Shown here: piece after piece, positions 1 through 9,556 of the stretch
Layout: each line of letters opens with the position of its first letter
How positions within the stretch are numbered: position 1 is the first letter of the stretch
Source of the DNA: an uncultured Nitrososphaeria archaeon
Lineage (GTDB): Archaea; Thermoproteota; Nitrososphaeria_A; Caldarchaeales; Wolframiiraptoraceae
DNA length: 64,000 bases
Assembly (NCBI GenBank): GCA_964655015.1
Contig: CAZZKR010000025.1
Coordinates: 10,064 to 74,063 of the forward strand
Reading direction: 5' to 3'
The notes under the pieces: model-generated
What the model saw: only the letters and a program-made list of their open reading frames with translations
What the model was told of the DNA's origin: nothing
Database searches by the model: none
Made by a program: the position numbers and the translations under genes

Positions 1-748
1 CAGGGAGTTTATTAAGGACTCAAACGTCGCTAACGCGCCTATAATACCTGTATCTGGCCAGCATAACATAGGCATAGACGTCTTACTTTATGCAATCCAG
101 AAATACATTCCTACACCCAAAAGAAACTTGGACTTGCCATTTATGATGCCGATATTAAGGTCGTTTGATGTGAACTATCCGGGGATGCGTGCGGAGGAGC
201 TTAAGGGAGGAGTCATAGGCGGTTCGATAACTCAGGGAAAGGTGCGTGTGGGTGATGAGATAGAGATAGCGCCAGGTCTACCAAAGAACCCAGATAAACC
301 TCAAGGAGACTACGAACCTCTATACACTAGGGTTGTGAATATACGCGCAGGTGGTAGGGATGTCGAAGAAGCAGTAAGCGGAGGCCTCACGGGCATCGAA
401 ACGGAGCTCGACCCGTCGTTAACAAAATCAGATGGATTGACCGGAAATATTGCTGGTAAGCCAGGAACCTTGCCGCCAACGATGCATCACCTACACTTGG
501 AGTACGAACTCTTCAGCAGAGTCGTTGGTCTTGAAGGTAATGTTGAAGTTAAAGCGTTGTCGGAAAAAGAACAACTCGTCATAAATGCTTATTCTGCGGT
601 AGCAAAGGGAATAGTAACAAAAAAGACGGGTACGATGATAGAGTTTGAACTTACAAGACCCGTATGTGTCAATGTAGGCGACAGGGTGACCATAAGTAGA
701 AAGATAGGTGCCAGTTGGAGATTAATAGGTTATGGCATAGTGAGATAA
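1..748 (+). CDS. eif2g: Translation initiation factor aIF2 gamma subunit, C-terminal part (5' end lies outside window)
   Basis: Frame is open from nt 2; the upstream translation ...APIIPVSGQHNIGIDVLLYAIQKYIPTPKRN... continues into the 128..748 ORF (domains II/III of the EF-Tu-like aIF2gamma fold). No start codon in window. Confidence 0.8.
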   Translation, partial: REFIKDSNVANAPIIPVSGQHNIGIDVLLYAIQKYIPTPKRNLDLPFMMPILRSFDVNYPGMRAEELKGGVIGGSITQGKVRVGDEIEIAPGLPKNPDKPQGDYEPLYTRVVNIRAGGRDVEEAVSGGLTGIETELDPSLTKSDGLTGNIAGKPGTLPPTMHHLHLEYELFSRVVGLEGNVEVKALSEKEQLVINAYSAVAKGIVTKKTGTMIEFELTRPVCVNVGDRVTISRKIGASWRLIGYGIVR

Positions 749-1146
749 TCTACGCCTTGAGAGCGCTTGTTGATACGAGTTTTTTAATGAGGGTGGCAGA
801 ATTGGGTACAGATCTACTTGCGAGGGTTGAAGAAAAGCTGAACACGAAGATCGTCCCCGTCGTGATATCTAATGTCGTCGAAGAACTCAGGTCTCTTGCA
901 AAGGGTAAAGGTGTAAAGGCCAAAAGGGCAGGTCTAGCACTCGTCTTTTGTGAGATATTAGAACAATTAGATATGAATGTAAATGAAGAAGATGCGGATC
1001 TTGCCCTACTTAGAGTAGCTAAGGTATTAGGATTGCCTGTATTGACGTCGGATAGCGGTTTAAAGAAGATCCTGAGAGATGCCGGTGTCTGCACAATATA
1101 CGTCAACAAAAAAGGAGAAGTAAGGGTAGAGGGCTTCATACCCTGA
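715..1146 (+). CDS. PIN-domain protein (conserved neighbour of the rpoE operon)
   Basis: 143 aa with a ...RALVDTSFL... N-terminal PIN signature and acidic residues. Overlaps the aIF2gamma 3' end by 34 nt; the true start may be an internal Met. Confidence 0.55.
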   Translation: MEINRLWHSEIIYALRALVDTSFLMRVAELGTDLLARVEEKLNTKIVPVVISNVVEELRSLAKGKGVKAKRAGLALVFCEILEQLDMNVNEEDADLALLRVAKVLGLPVLTSDSGLKKILRDAGVCTIYVNKKGEVRVEGFIP

Positions 1147-1219
1147 AAAGTATATATTAAGCCAAGTGGAAAATGGCGTAACGAGTTAGTTTAATCAATG
1201 GTAACAGGGTGTCCAAGAG

Positions 1220-1801
1220 TTGTTCATGTTATTTGAGATTGAGGAGGCAATAGGTATCCCTCCAAAAGAATTTCACAAACCGTTGAAAGAAGTTGCTATG
1301 CAACAGTTGAAGAACTTATACGAAGGCATAATAGATGAAGAGCTCGGATACGTCATAGCGATAGTTGACGTTGATGTTGAACCAATTGGTTACCTCTTGC
1401 CTCGAGATGGTTCAACGTATCACAAGTATAGGCTAAAGCTTCTTACATATCTGCCGAAGGTCCAAGAAGTTGTCGAGGGGGAAATAGTTGAACTTACAGA
1501 TTTTGGTGCCTTTGTAAGGATAGGACCTGTGGACGCCTTACTGCATATATCTCAAATAATGGACGATTATTTAGATTATGATGAAAAACACTCTATACTA
1601 ACCGGGAAGAAAACCGGGAAAAAACTGATCGTAGGCGATAGTGTTAGGGCTAGAATAGTTGCGGTCTCTTTGACAAGTGGTGCTTCAGGCAAAATAGGTA
1701 TAACGACTAGACAACCGTTTTTGGGTAAGATTGAATGGATAAAGGAAGAAACAAAAAAGTTAAAGGGGTCTGAGAGTAAAGTTGAAACAAGCATCAGTTA
1801 G
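1220..1801 (+). CDS. rpoE: DNA-directed RNA polymerase subunit E (Rpo7/E')
   Basis: 193 aa with an Rpb7-like N-terminal domain followed by an S1 domain (…GEIVELTDFGAFVRIGPVDALLHISQ…). Canonical position before spt4. Confidence 0.85.
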   Translation: MFMLFEIEEAIGIPPKEFHKPLKEVAMQQLKNLYEGIIDEELGYVIAIVDVDVEPIGYLLPRDGSTYHKYRLKLLTYLPKVQEVVEGEIVELTDFGAFVRIGPVDALLHISQIMDDYLDYDEKHSILTGKKTGKKLIVGDSVRARIVAVSLTSGASGKIGITTRQPFLGKIEWIKEETKKLKGSESKVETSIS

Positions 1802-1982
1802 AGAAAGAGTATGTAGGAATTGTAAAAGAATAGTGTCTGGTGACACATGCGATTTATGCGGATCTACAAATCTTGCCTCGACATACCAAGGTCTTCTAAT
1901 CATCATAAAACCGGAGCTTTCAGAGATAGCAGCGCTTCTAAATATTAAAAAAGAAGGTTATTATGCGGTTAAAATCAAATGA
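1782..1982 (+). CDS. spt4: Transcription elongation factor Spt4 / RNAP subunit E''
   Basis: 66 aa zinc ribbon, CRNCKRIV…CDLCGS. Overlaps the rpoE end, the typical rpoE'-rpoE'' arrangement. Confidence 0.8.
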   Translation: MKQASVRERVCRNCKRIVSGDTCDLCGSTNLASTYQGLLIIIKPELSEIAALLNIKKEGYYAVKIK

Positions 1983-2898
1983 GATTGTGAAACATCGTTT
2001 TCAAGGACATTCAAGGATGCTTGCCTTGCGACGCACTTCTTTGAGAGAATTCTTAAAATCAAGGTTCACAAACGTCGATCCAAGTACTCTTCCAAAGAAA
2101 GCGAAGATTATAGGACATGTGGCGCTCGTAAGATTTCAAGATGAAGAAATAGATCCGAAAGAGTTAGGTAAAGCCATCCTCGAATTTTATCCGACGGTAA
2201 AGACGGTTTTAAGGTTGCGCGGCATCGTTGGCAAGCTAAGACAGCCGGTTGTAGAATTTATTTATGGTGACCCGAATACCGAAACAATTTACAAAGAATA
2301 CGGATACAAGTTTATGCTCGATGTATCGAAGTTGATGCTATGTCTAGGAAATAGTTACGAACGTCTTAGGACAGCAAAGTCCGTTAGGTCTGGAGAGGTG
2401 GTGGTTGATATGTTCGCTGGCATAGGTCAGTTTTCAATACCTTGCGCCGTGATCTCAAGACCTTCTAAAGTCTATGCCATAGAAATTAATGAGGAGGCTT
2501 ACAGGTATCTTAAAATAAACACCGTGCTTAACAACGTTGAGTATGTTGTGGAACCTATGCTTGGTGACTGTAAAGAATTGACCCCAACGCTTGGTCGCAT
2601 AGCAGACAGAATCATAATGGGTTTTTTTGGGGGAACGATAGAAGCCCTACCGGCCGCTCTGAAAGCTGTTAAACCTGAAGGTACTGTGATTCATTTTCAT
2701 GAACTCGTGAGAAGGGGGAATGGAAAAGATGAGCTATGGAAGGAGATAAGTGAACTGTGTCACCGTCTAGGCTATACAAGCACACTAATAGGTTTAAGGA
2801 TTGTAAAATCTTACTCTGCAACAAAGGAACATGTGGTTATAGATTTCAAAGTGAGGCCTTCTTGTGATTTATCGGCAGTAACTTCTAATGTTGCGTAA
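1963..2898 (+). CDS. trm5: tRNA (guanine37-N1)-methyltransferase Trm5/Taw2 family (Met-10+ like)
   Basis: 311 aa with an SAM-MTase motif (VVDMFAGIGQFSIP) and the Trm5 D1-D2-MTase architecture. Confidence 0.75.
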   Translation: MRLKSNEIVKHRFQGHSRMLALRRTSLREFLKSRFTNVDPSTLPKKAKIIGHVALVRFQDEEIDPKELGKAILEFYPTVKTVLRLRGIVGKLRQPVVEFIYGDPNTETIYKEYGYKFMLDVSKLMLCLGNSYERLRTAKSVRSGEVVVDMFAGIGQFSIPCAVISRPSKVYAIEINEEAYRYLKINTVLNNVEYVVEPMLGDCKELTPTLGRIADRIIMGFFGGTIEALPAALKAVKPEGTVIHFHELVRRGNGKDELWKEISELCHRLGYTSTLIGLRIVKSYSATKEHVVIDFKVRPSCDLSAVTSNVA

Positions 2899-2906
2899 AA
2901 CTTTAA

Positions 2907-3518
2907 TTGAGAATTGATGGGCGCTTATGTATGGAAATAGTAATCGAGGAACTTGCAAAATCCATCGTCGCACTCTTTATCATAGTTGATCCTATCGGAA
3001 ACGTACCAATATTCATGGGTTTAACCAGTAATATGAGTCGGGAAGAAAGACGTAAAACATTCGAGACGGCTATAATCATCTCTTTCGTTCTACTTAATCT
3101 CTTTGCATTAGCCGGTCAAAGCATCCTCTCAATATTTAATATATCCATTCACAGCTTCAAGATAGCGGGAGGTCTTTTACTATTCATAATCTCAATGAAA
3201 ATACTCCTTCATGGTATGTGGGAGGAAAAACACCTGTCCAGCAGAAGTATAGGTGTCGTACCTATCGCATTCCCTTTGCTGGTTGGGCCTGGTGCTATAA
3301 CTCTAACGATAGTTAACATCCAAACGGCCGGTGTTCTTGTGACCGTAATATCTGTTATAATTGTTTTGCTCATAACTTGGTTGATACTCAGGGCTATAGA
3401 ACCCATAAATAGCTTCCTAGGCGAGACGGGATCTGTCGTTATTTCAAGGTTGATGGCGGTCTTTATAGCGGCAATAGCGATCGAATTCATCGCAAGCGGG
3501 GTTAGATTTATGCTCTAG
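2907..3518 (+). CDS. MarC-family (UPF0056) integral membrane protein
   Basis: 203 aa, multi-TM, with a MarC-like N-terminus (…IVDPIGNVPIFMGLT…). Confidence 0.7.
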   Translation: MRIDGRLCMEIVIEELAKSIVALFIIVDPIGNVPIFMGLTSNMSREERRKTFETAIIISFVLLNLFALAGQSILSIFNISIHSFKIAGGLLLFIISMKILLHGMWEEKHLSSRSIGVVPIAFPLLVGPGAITLTIVNIQTAGVLVTVISVIIVLLITWLILRAIEPINSFLGETGSVVISRLMAVFIAAIAIEFIASGVRFML

Positions 3519-3566
3519 AAGGGTGCCGTGCCTATAACTTGATTAGTAACCTTAAAGTAAAATTAA

Positions 3567-4688
3567 TTGAGCGTACCCGTGAGACGCCTATTCGCAACAC
3601 CGATATGGCAGAACCGAGAGGTTAGGGAGAGGCTTAAGTGGTATTACAGCGTTATGAGTGATTTAAAGCCCGCAAAGTTTCTTATCGCAAAAAGGATACC
3701 CTGTGAAATAAGCATAGAGCGTAGCTCAGACGAGAGGCTTTGGGAAGAGCATGAAAAGCTCAGCAAAACCTTTAACGAAATTTTAAACGATATAAAGAAT
3801 AATAAGATGTTATTTGATGAATTAAAACCGGTGACTGTAAGCTACATCGACCTGAAGATTGAGATTGCTAAGAGGATGCTAAAAAGTTGCCATTTCTGCG
3901 AGTGGAAGTGTAAAGTGAATAGATATGAAAGCAAAAAGCTCGGCAGCTGTAGGGTTGATAGTAAATCCAGAATCTCCACATGGTTCCATCATTTTGGAGA
4001 AGAACCACCTTTAGTAGGCTATGGTGGTTCAGGAACTATATTCTTCGCGGGTTGCACCTTTAGATGCGTCTTTTGTCAGAATTGGGATATATCACAAGAC
4101 CCCCTAAATGGTGTGGAGGTTGATGGAAAGAGATTGGCCCTCATAATGAAAGAGTTGAGAACTACTGGTGCGTTAAATATCAACTTCGTAGGTGGCGAGC
4201 CTACACCAAACCTTCATACAATACTTGAAGGCATGAAGTATCTTGAGACAAACGTGCCGATGCTCTGGAACAGTAACATGTACATGTCTTTAGAAAGTAT
4301 GAGGCTTTTGGTCGACGTCATAGATATATGGTTACCGGACTTCAAATATGGAAACGACAATTGTGCAATTAGGCTATCAAAAGTTCCACGTTACTTCGAA
4401 GTCGTAGCAAGGAACCATAAGATAGCGCATGATTATGGTGACATGATAATCAGACACCTTGTGTTGCCAAACCATCTGGATTGTTGCACTAAACCTGTAC
4501 TAAAGTGGATATCCGAGAATTGTCCTAGAGCCCTAGTAAATATAATGGAGCAGTATAGGCCTGAGTACATAGTCGCCGAAAGATCTGAAGAGTATCCAGA
4601 TATAGCGCGTAGGCCAACATATCAAGAGATGGAGGAAGCATACGCATTTGCCGACTCTTTAAACATCATCTACAAACCTGTATCCTAA
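3567..4688 (+). CDS. Radical SAM protein, PflX-like (pyruvate formate-lyase activase homologue)
   Basis: 373 aa with a CTFRCVFCQNW radical-SAM cysteine motif, preceded by a Cys-rich segment CHFCEWKC…GSCRVD. Confidence 0.75.
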   Translation: MSVPVRRLFATPIWQNREVRERLKWYYSVMSDLKPAKFLIAKRIPCEISIERSSDERLWEEHEKLSKTFNEILNDIKNNKMLFDELKPVTVSYIDLKIEIAKRMLKSCHFCEWKCKVNRYESKKLGSCRVDSKSRISTWFHHFGEEPPLVGYGGSGTIFFAGCTFRCVFCQNWDISQDPLNGVEVDGKRLALIMKELRTTGALNINFVGGEPTPNLHTILEGMKYLETNVPMLWNSNMYMSLESMRLLVDVIDIWLPDFKYGNDNCAIRLSKVPRYFEVVARNHKIAHDYGDMIIRHLVLPNHLDCCTKPVLKWISENCPRALVNIMEQYRPEYIVAERSEEYPDIARRPTYQEMEEAYAFADSLNIIYKPVS

Positions 4689-4692
4689 ATGG

Positions 4693-5808
4693 TTAGGGTG
4701 GTGCGATACTGAGGAGGTGCACGTTCCCTAGATTAACGTTTTTCAAATATTTCTTTGCAGCCGCGACGCATTTTCTTACTTGAGAGATTGGGGTTATCGT
4801 TAGATCACGCATCATATACTCTGGATGAAAGATTAACAGGCTATAGGGTATGTTTTCATCATGTTCTGATATGAACTTAGCAATGTTCTCCACTTCATTT
4901 TCATCAACATAACCAGGAACTAAGAGTGTGGTAGCCGTAAGTACGGGCAACTCTTTCCTTTCTGTATAAAACTCGTTAAACAGCATGCTAAAGTTTTTGT
5001 AAGCCCTGTCGTTTTTAACACCACTTAGTGCCAGGCTAAGTGTAGGGTCAAACGCCTTCAGGTCAAACTTTATGTTTCCGCCGCTAATGAATGCTATCTC
5101 ACCACACCTTTTAACTAAATATTCATTGCCGCAGCCGTTCCACTCGAAGCATATTCTCATAACCCTACTTTCCTTTATTGATTCCAGAACTTTCCGCGAA
5201 GCATTTATCGCGAAAGGTAAGTGCGGTTCCGGAGAACCTCCGAAGAAGCACCAACATGTTATCTTATCGTTTTTCAGTGTAACACTGAGTAGCTCCTCCA
5301 CAGTAACTTGTGGCGAAGTGTTTATTTCTTTATGACTCCAATTTTGACAAAATAGACAATCAAAGTTGCATCCGTAGAAGAATATCGCCAAGTTATAGTA
5401 TCCATATTCAGGACCACTTCTACATGCATACTTTGGATACCCAGAACCTGTACCAGCAGGACAGAACCAAGCGGAGCAACAGTTTGTTACATGCGGGTCA
5501 AGATAGTAATGTAATGGTGCTTTTTCGGGTGTAGAGAGTGAAACGAGCCTTCCTCCCACATTACGCCTAATACCGCAGAAACCCTGTTCACCATCTTCCA
5601 ACGTACATTCATTAGCACATATCGTGCATTTTAACCCCCTGCCCTTAGGTGGCTTTGGGGGCAAGTTGTACGCCGTTCTTGCACTAGCGTGCTTCTGTAT
5701 TATGATTGGTAAAACTTCATTCGGTTTACTCCTTATACACCCAATACATACACCAATGCTGTTTGAAATTGTGTTTGAGGTGTTGCCGCAAAGTAGACAT
5801 TTTGCCAT
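4693..5808 (-). CDS. Radical SAM enzyme, AmmeMemoRadiSam/PflA-like family
   Basis: 371 aa with a GCNFDCLFCQNW motif. The N-terminal CTICANEC…GFCGIRRNVGGRLVSL segment is typical of this family. Convergent with the paralog at 3567..4688. Confidence 0.75.
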   Translation of the reverse strand: MAKCLLCGNTSNTISNSIGVCIGCIRSKPNEVLPIIIQKHASARTAYNLPPKPPKGRGLKCTICANECTLEDGEQGFCGIRRNVGGRLVSLSTPEKAPLHYYLDPHVTNCCSAWFCPAGTGSGYPKYACRSGPEYGYYNLAIFFYGCNFDCLFCQNWSHKEINTSPQVTVEELLSVTLKNDKITCWCFFGGSPEPHLPFAINASRKVLESIKESRVMRICFEWNGCGNEYLVKRCGEIAFISGGNIKFDLKAFDPTLSLALSGVKNDRAYKNFSMLFNEFYTERKELPVLTATTLLVPGYVDENEVENIAKFISEHDENIPYSLLIFHPEYMMRDLTITPISQVRKCVAAAKKYLKNVNLGNVHLLSIAPP

Positions 5809-5955
5809 ACTCAGCTCTTAAGAGTATTGCGTAACCTTTAACTTTTAACCCTAAAGAAAGTTAAAAGTGCCGAACTTAGGGCTCGAATTGTTACCGGCTA
5901 TTCAATAATCAAAGGTTTTTTAATCGTTTAATCATAGCTTCAGACAAAAATAAAA

Positions 5956-7419
5956 GTGGCGTGGGGGCTGAGCATAACGAATGATACTAACAAGAAGAAG
6001 ATACTGAGCGTTGTATCCGTAACAACTATGGCCTCCTTTATGACTGGGTTGAACGCTAGGCTGGCAGCAGTCGGTTTTCCAGTGATCGTTCATGAATTAA
6101 ACTGCGGCATCGACGAGGTCATTTGGATAATACAGGGTTTCATGATAGGGTCGACGATAATCCAGTTAATTGTCGGAAGTTTAGCGGATATCTATGGTAG
6201 AGTCAGGCTCTTCAACATCGGTCTACTGATCTTCTCGTTAGGTGGTCTCGGCTCTGGTTTAGCTATTAATGCTCCACTATTAACAATCTTCAGAGTAGTC
6301 CAAGGTATAGGTGCTGCATTCTTAATGACTTTGAGTATAACGATACTGACTGATAACATTCCTAAGAACATGCTGGGAACGTGGTTTGGGATAAACCAGA
6401 TTGCATGGAGAGCTGGCGCGATTATCGGTTTAACGTTTAGCGGCATAATCATAGATTACTTGGGATGGAGATGGGTATATTTGATCAACTTCCCGATAGG
6501 AATCGTAGTTTACGTGTGGAGCTTGAAGAGTTTAAAGGAAACTTACAGACCAGCCGGCAATCGTTGTTTAGATTGGGCTGGTTTCATACTATTCACACTC
6601 TTCATGATGTTCTTAGCATCTTCGTTAACAATGATGATGAACATTAAAAATTGGGGATATTTGGTGACCATTTTCTTCCTACTTTCTGCTATATCATTAA
6701 TACTTTTCATAATTCATGAGAACAAAAGCAAGTGCAGGGCTCTTGACTTATCAATCTTTAAAATACAGCAATTTTCAACCGGAATAACGGCTCAATTTTT
6801 GTATGCGATAGGTTTCGGATCTTTTATAACGTTGTTAGTAATATTTATTGAAGTCGTAAGGGGTTATTCTGCCTCGTTAACTGGTTTCCTATTAACACCA
6901 TTCGAGCTATCATTTCTAATTTTCGGTATTGTGGGTGGGAGGTTATCAGATAACTTTGGTTTTGCTCCAGTAGCAACGACGGGGCTTTTAATGGCTTCAT
7001 TCTCACTTTATATGCTTTCAAGATTAGGGATGAATGTAAGTCTAGAACATCTGATGATATGCGTTTTTCTTTTCGGGATAGGTGCGGGTCTCTTCATCGC
7101 TCCAAATACAAGTAGTATAATGACTTCAACTCCTCCAGAGAAAAGGGGCGTAGCATCTGCTATTAGGACGTTTTCTTTTAACATTGGTTTTCTCGTCAGT
7201 TTAAACATTGCTATGTTATCATTGGTGGGTTCCACATCTTATGAAATCGCAACAAAGTTAATAATATCAGAGGGACGTGTGGAAAATTTGAGCGATGTAC
7301 CTTTGGAAAAAGTTTACATGGGCATATCAAACTCTTTTTTGATGATGGCGATAATTATGATGATTGCTTTATTGCTATCTGCCTATCAGCTCAAAACCAG
7401 CGCATCTAAACAAAAGTGA
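5956..7419 (+). CDS. MFS transporter
   Basis: 487 aa, about 14 predicted TM helices, with an MFS N-terminal signature region. GTG start. Confidence 0.7.
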   Translation: MAWGLSITNDTNKKKILSVVSVTTMASFMTGLNARLAAVGFPVIVHELNCGIDEVIWIIQGFMIGSTIIQLIVGSLADIYGRVRLFNIGLLIFSLGGLGSGLAINAPLLTIFRVVQGIGAAFLMTLSITILTDNIPKNMLGTWFGINQIAWRAGAIIGLTFSGIIIDYLGWRWVYLINFPIGIVVYVWSLKSLKETYRPAGNRCLDWAGFILFTLFMMFLASSLTMMMNIKNWGYLVTIFFLLSAISLILFIIHENKSKCRALDLSIFKIQQFSTGITAQFLYAIGFGSFITLLVIFIEVVRGYSASLTGFLLTPFELSFLIFGIVGGRLSDNFGFAPVATTGLLMASFSLYMLSRLGMNVSLEHLMICVFLFGIGAGLFIAPNTSSIMTSTPPEKRGVASAIRTFSFNIGFLVSLNIAMLSLVGSTSYEIATKLIISEGRVENLSDVPLEKVYMGISNSFLMMAIIMMIALLLSAYQLKTSASKQK

Positions 7420-7427
7420 TGAAAAAG

Positions 7428-7513
7428 CGCCGGGGCTGGGATTCGAACCCAGGCGACCCTTATCGGGTCACAGGCTCTCAAGGCCTGCGCCTTGTCCGCT
7501 AGGCTACCCCGGC
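7428..7513 (-). tRNA. tRNA-Ser (anticodon UGA), 86 nt with a long variable arm
   Basis: The reverse complement reads GCCGGGG-TA-GCCTAGCGGACAAGGC-G-CAGGC-CTTGAGA-GCCTG-TGACCCGATAAGGGTCGC-CTGGGTTCGAATCCCAG-CCCCGGC-G. It has a 7-bp acceptor stem, a TTCGAATCC T-loop and anticodon TGA. The 18-nt variable arm is typical of Ser. No CCA is encoded. Confidence 0.85.
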
Positions 7514-7535
7514 AATATTTTTCCAAAATTATACT

Positions 7536-8587
7536 CTAAATCGAATCATTAAAATTTTTACTGCCCTTTTTCCAGACAGAAGGATAAGTGCCCCTATCCA
7601 TAATAACTCTATCAGTATCTACTGCTATCCCTTTAGTAGAGTCTAAGATTTCTTCGGTACTCATCTGCGCCTTACCAAGGGCAACCAGCTCGCCTTTTAG
7701 CGTCATGATTGCCACTTCGTCACCGCGTTTTATCCCCTCGTCAAGCTTAGATATGCCAACTACCGCTAGGTCGGCTCCATGACATATGGCATCAACGGCT
7801 GAATCTAATACATAGACTTTCGGTAAAAATCTGACAGCAGTCTCCACCGGCTGAACGACCTTCCTCAAAGTACGTTCTTCGCCATTTTCTTTATAAAGCT
7901 TGACAGCCTCGTACACATCTAATAACGTGACTGAACATCCCTCATCATAGGGTCCCGCCCTTGTCCTTCTAAGTTCTTGCATATGTGCTCCGCATCCTAG
8001 GTATAGCCCTATATCGTAACAATACTTTCTTATGTAAGTTCCACCAGAGCAAGCTATCCTCATCAGGACGTCCCTGCCGTTTCGTTCGATTATTTCTGCC
8101 GAATATATTGTCCTTATCCTAGGCTTTCTTGCAACGGACGACCTTACCGGTGGTATCTGGTATATCTGCCCAGTAAAGAGTTTTATTGCTTCAAAGAGTT
8201 TTTCGTCAGAAACATCATCATGTAACCTCATAAGACAGATGTATTCTTTCCCAGTTTGCATTATAGTCCTAGCACATTTTGTAGAGTCTTCTAAAAGTAT
8301 TGGTAACACACCAGAAACGGCCGGATGTCCCCAGGCTTAAAGCCTCCTAGGGTCCCGCCATGACCAGCCCGCTCGACACCCAACAAATCTTTTATTTTTG
8401 AAGATACCTCGTGACTTGTAGGCCCCCTTGGTTTATCGAGGTTAATGACGCCTAACCTTAAGTACATCCTGAGAGGCCTCTCATAGGGATTGTATCCATA
8501 CTTCGGGTCTGTTTCAGCTTCAAGCCTCACCACTACCTTTCTTTCATGTTGCCAGGGTGGGACGATTCCCCCAACAGCACTATTCAA
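7536..8587 (-). CDS. cbf5: H/ACA RNP pseudouridine synthase Cbf5, interrupted by a 20-nt intron: join(8587..8347, 8326..7536), about 343 aa
   Basis: Two adjacent ORFs (8291..8587 and 7536..8309) encode the N- and C-parts of Cbf5 (TruB catalytic domain plus PUA domain). Removing 8327..8346 restores [18 protein letters not shown]. Confidence 0.75.
8327..8346 (-). other. Putative archaeal mRNA (bulge-helix-bulge type) intron in cbf5
   Basis: On the minus sense the 20-nt GAGGCTTTAAGCCTGGGGAC separates CCCTAG and ATCCGG. Excising it restores frame and the conserved TLDP motif. It has an internal hairpin GGCT-TTA-AGCC. cbf5 introns are known in Crenarchaeota. Confidence 0.55.
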
Positions 8588-8861
8588 ACTTAACCTTCGC
8601 CTCCTCTTTCATAAAATCCACAAGTCCGGATTCCTGTATGGTTTTTAGTATCTCTTCATCCGATGCGTTCTCCTTTATGTTCAGTTTATATGGCGTAAAA
8701 GCTAGATGTGAAACGTTCACTTTTCTACGTCTGACACCGGTCAAACTTTTCGGCCCTGTCACTACGACAAAATTTTTATCAACAACGCTGACGATCACAC
8801 ATTTTTGTCCAGCCTCCCTACCCGCTATCTTGAAGCATATCCTTCCAATCTCAGCCTTCAT
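8580..8861 (-). CDS. rpl14e: 50S ribosomal protein L14e
   Basis: 93 aa with a KOW-like L14e signature (…[19 protein letters not shown]…). Confidence 0.8.
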   Translation of the reverse strand: MKAEIGRICFKIAGREAGQKCVIVSVVDKNFVVVTGPKSLTGVRRRKVNVSHLAFTPYKLNIKENASDEEILKTIQESGLVDFMKEEAKVKFE

Positions 8862-9067
8862 GTTCTTTCACCGATTTTTTCACGGTAAATGGCTAAGTTA
8901 AATACATTATTATCGTCTAGTGGATAACTTTTCCCCTATACTTTAAGCTCGGAGATTTTTCAAAAAGTTAAGTTGCAGTACGAATTGAACGGAGATACTT
9001 GCAATAATTTAATAAGCAAGATGCAGCTTGTTATAGCCACGATTACTTATAGGGTGGGGCTTTAAGT

Positions 9068-9556
9068 TTGAAGGTGGTGGCGGTTCTTGGACATAAAAAA
9101 TCCGGGAAGACCAGGCTCGCAACTATGTTGATAAGGGCTCTAAAAGAAATGAATTATAAGGTTGCCAGTGCCAAGCACGTTCACCATGCAGACTTCAGTA
9201 TCGACCACCCAGAGAAAGATAGTTGGAAGCATAGGGAGGCCGGGGCGAATCCTATTATAATAGTATCTCCTAGAGAGGTCGCGATTATGCTAAGGGGTAA
9301 AAATATCGAGACATTATCAGACTTGGTCAAGATGGCTGGCGATTCTGACGTTCTGGTATTAGAAGGATTCTATGGACTACTTAGGGAAGGTGATGACGCC
9401 ATAAAAATAACTTTAGTAAGAAATGCAGAAGAGTTAAACACAATGAAGGGTGAAATAATGGCCACGTTTGAGAATCTGAATGAGGAAGGTGTCTATAGGC
9501 TTCCAGAAGAGTTCTCACAACTCTTCAAACTAATCCTAGATAAAATATCTTGTTAA
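9068..9556 (+). CDS. mobB: Molybdopterin-guanine dinucleotide biosynthesis protein MobB-like P-loop NTPase
   Basis: 162 aa with a Walker A motif (GHKKSGKT) and MobB fold. Confidence 0.65.
   Translation: MKVVAVLGHKKSGKTRLATMLIRALKEMNYKVASAKHVHHADFSIDHPEKDSWKHREAGANPIIIVSPREVAIMLRGKNIETLSDLVKMAGDSDVLVLEGFYGLLREGDDAIKITLVRNAEELNTMKGEIMATFENLNEEGVYRLPEEFSQLFKLILDKISC

Noticed and set aside
8327-8346. Strict hBHBh' fold for the cbf5 insert with canonical cleavage positions
   Set aside because: Pairing AGGC (intron nt 2-5) with GCCT (nt 11-14) gives a central helix. The predicted 3' cleavage would then fall after G16, not after C20, and the resulting mRNA is out of frame. The protein-restoring junctions need a relaxed motif, so I report the intron but not a specific BHB fold.
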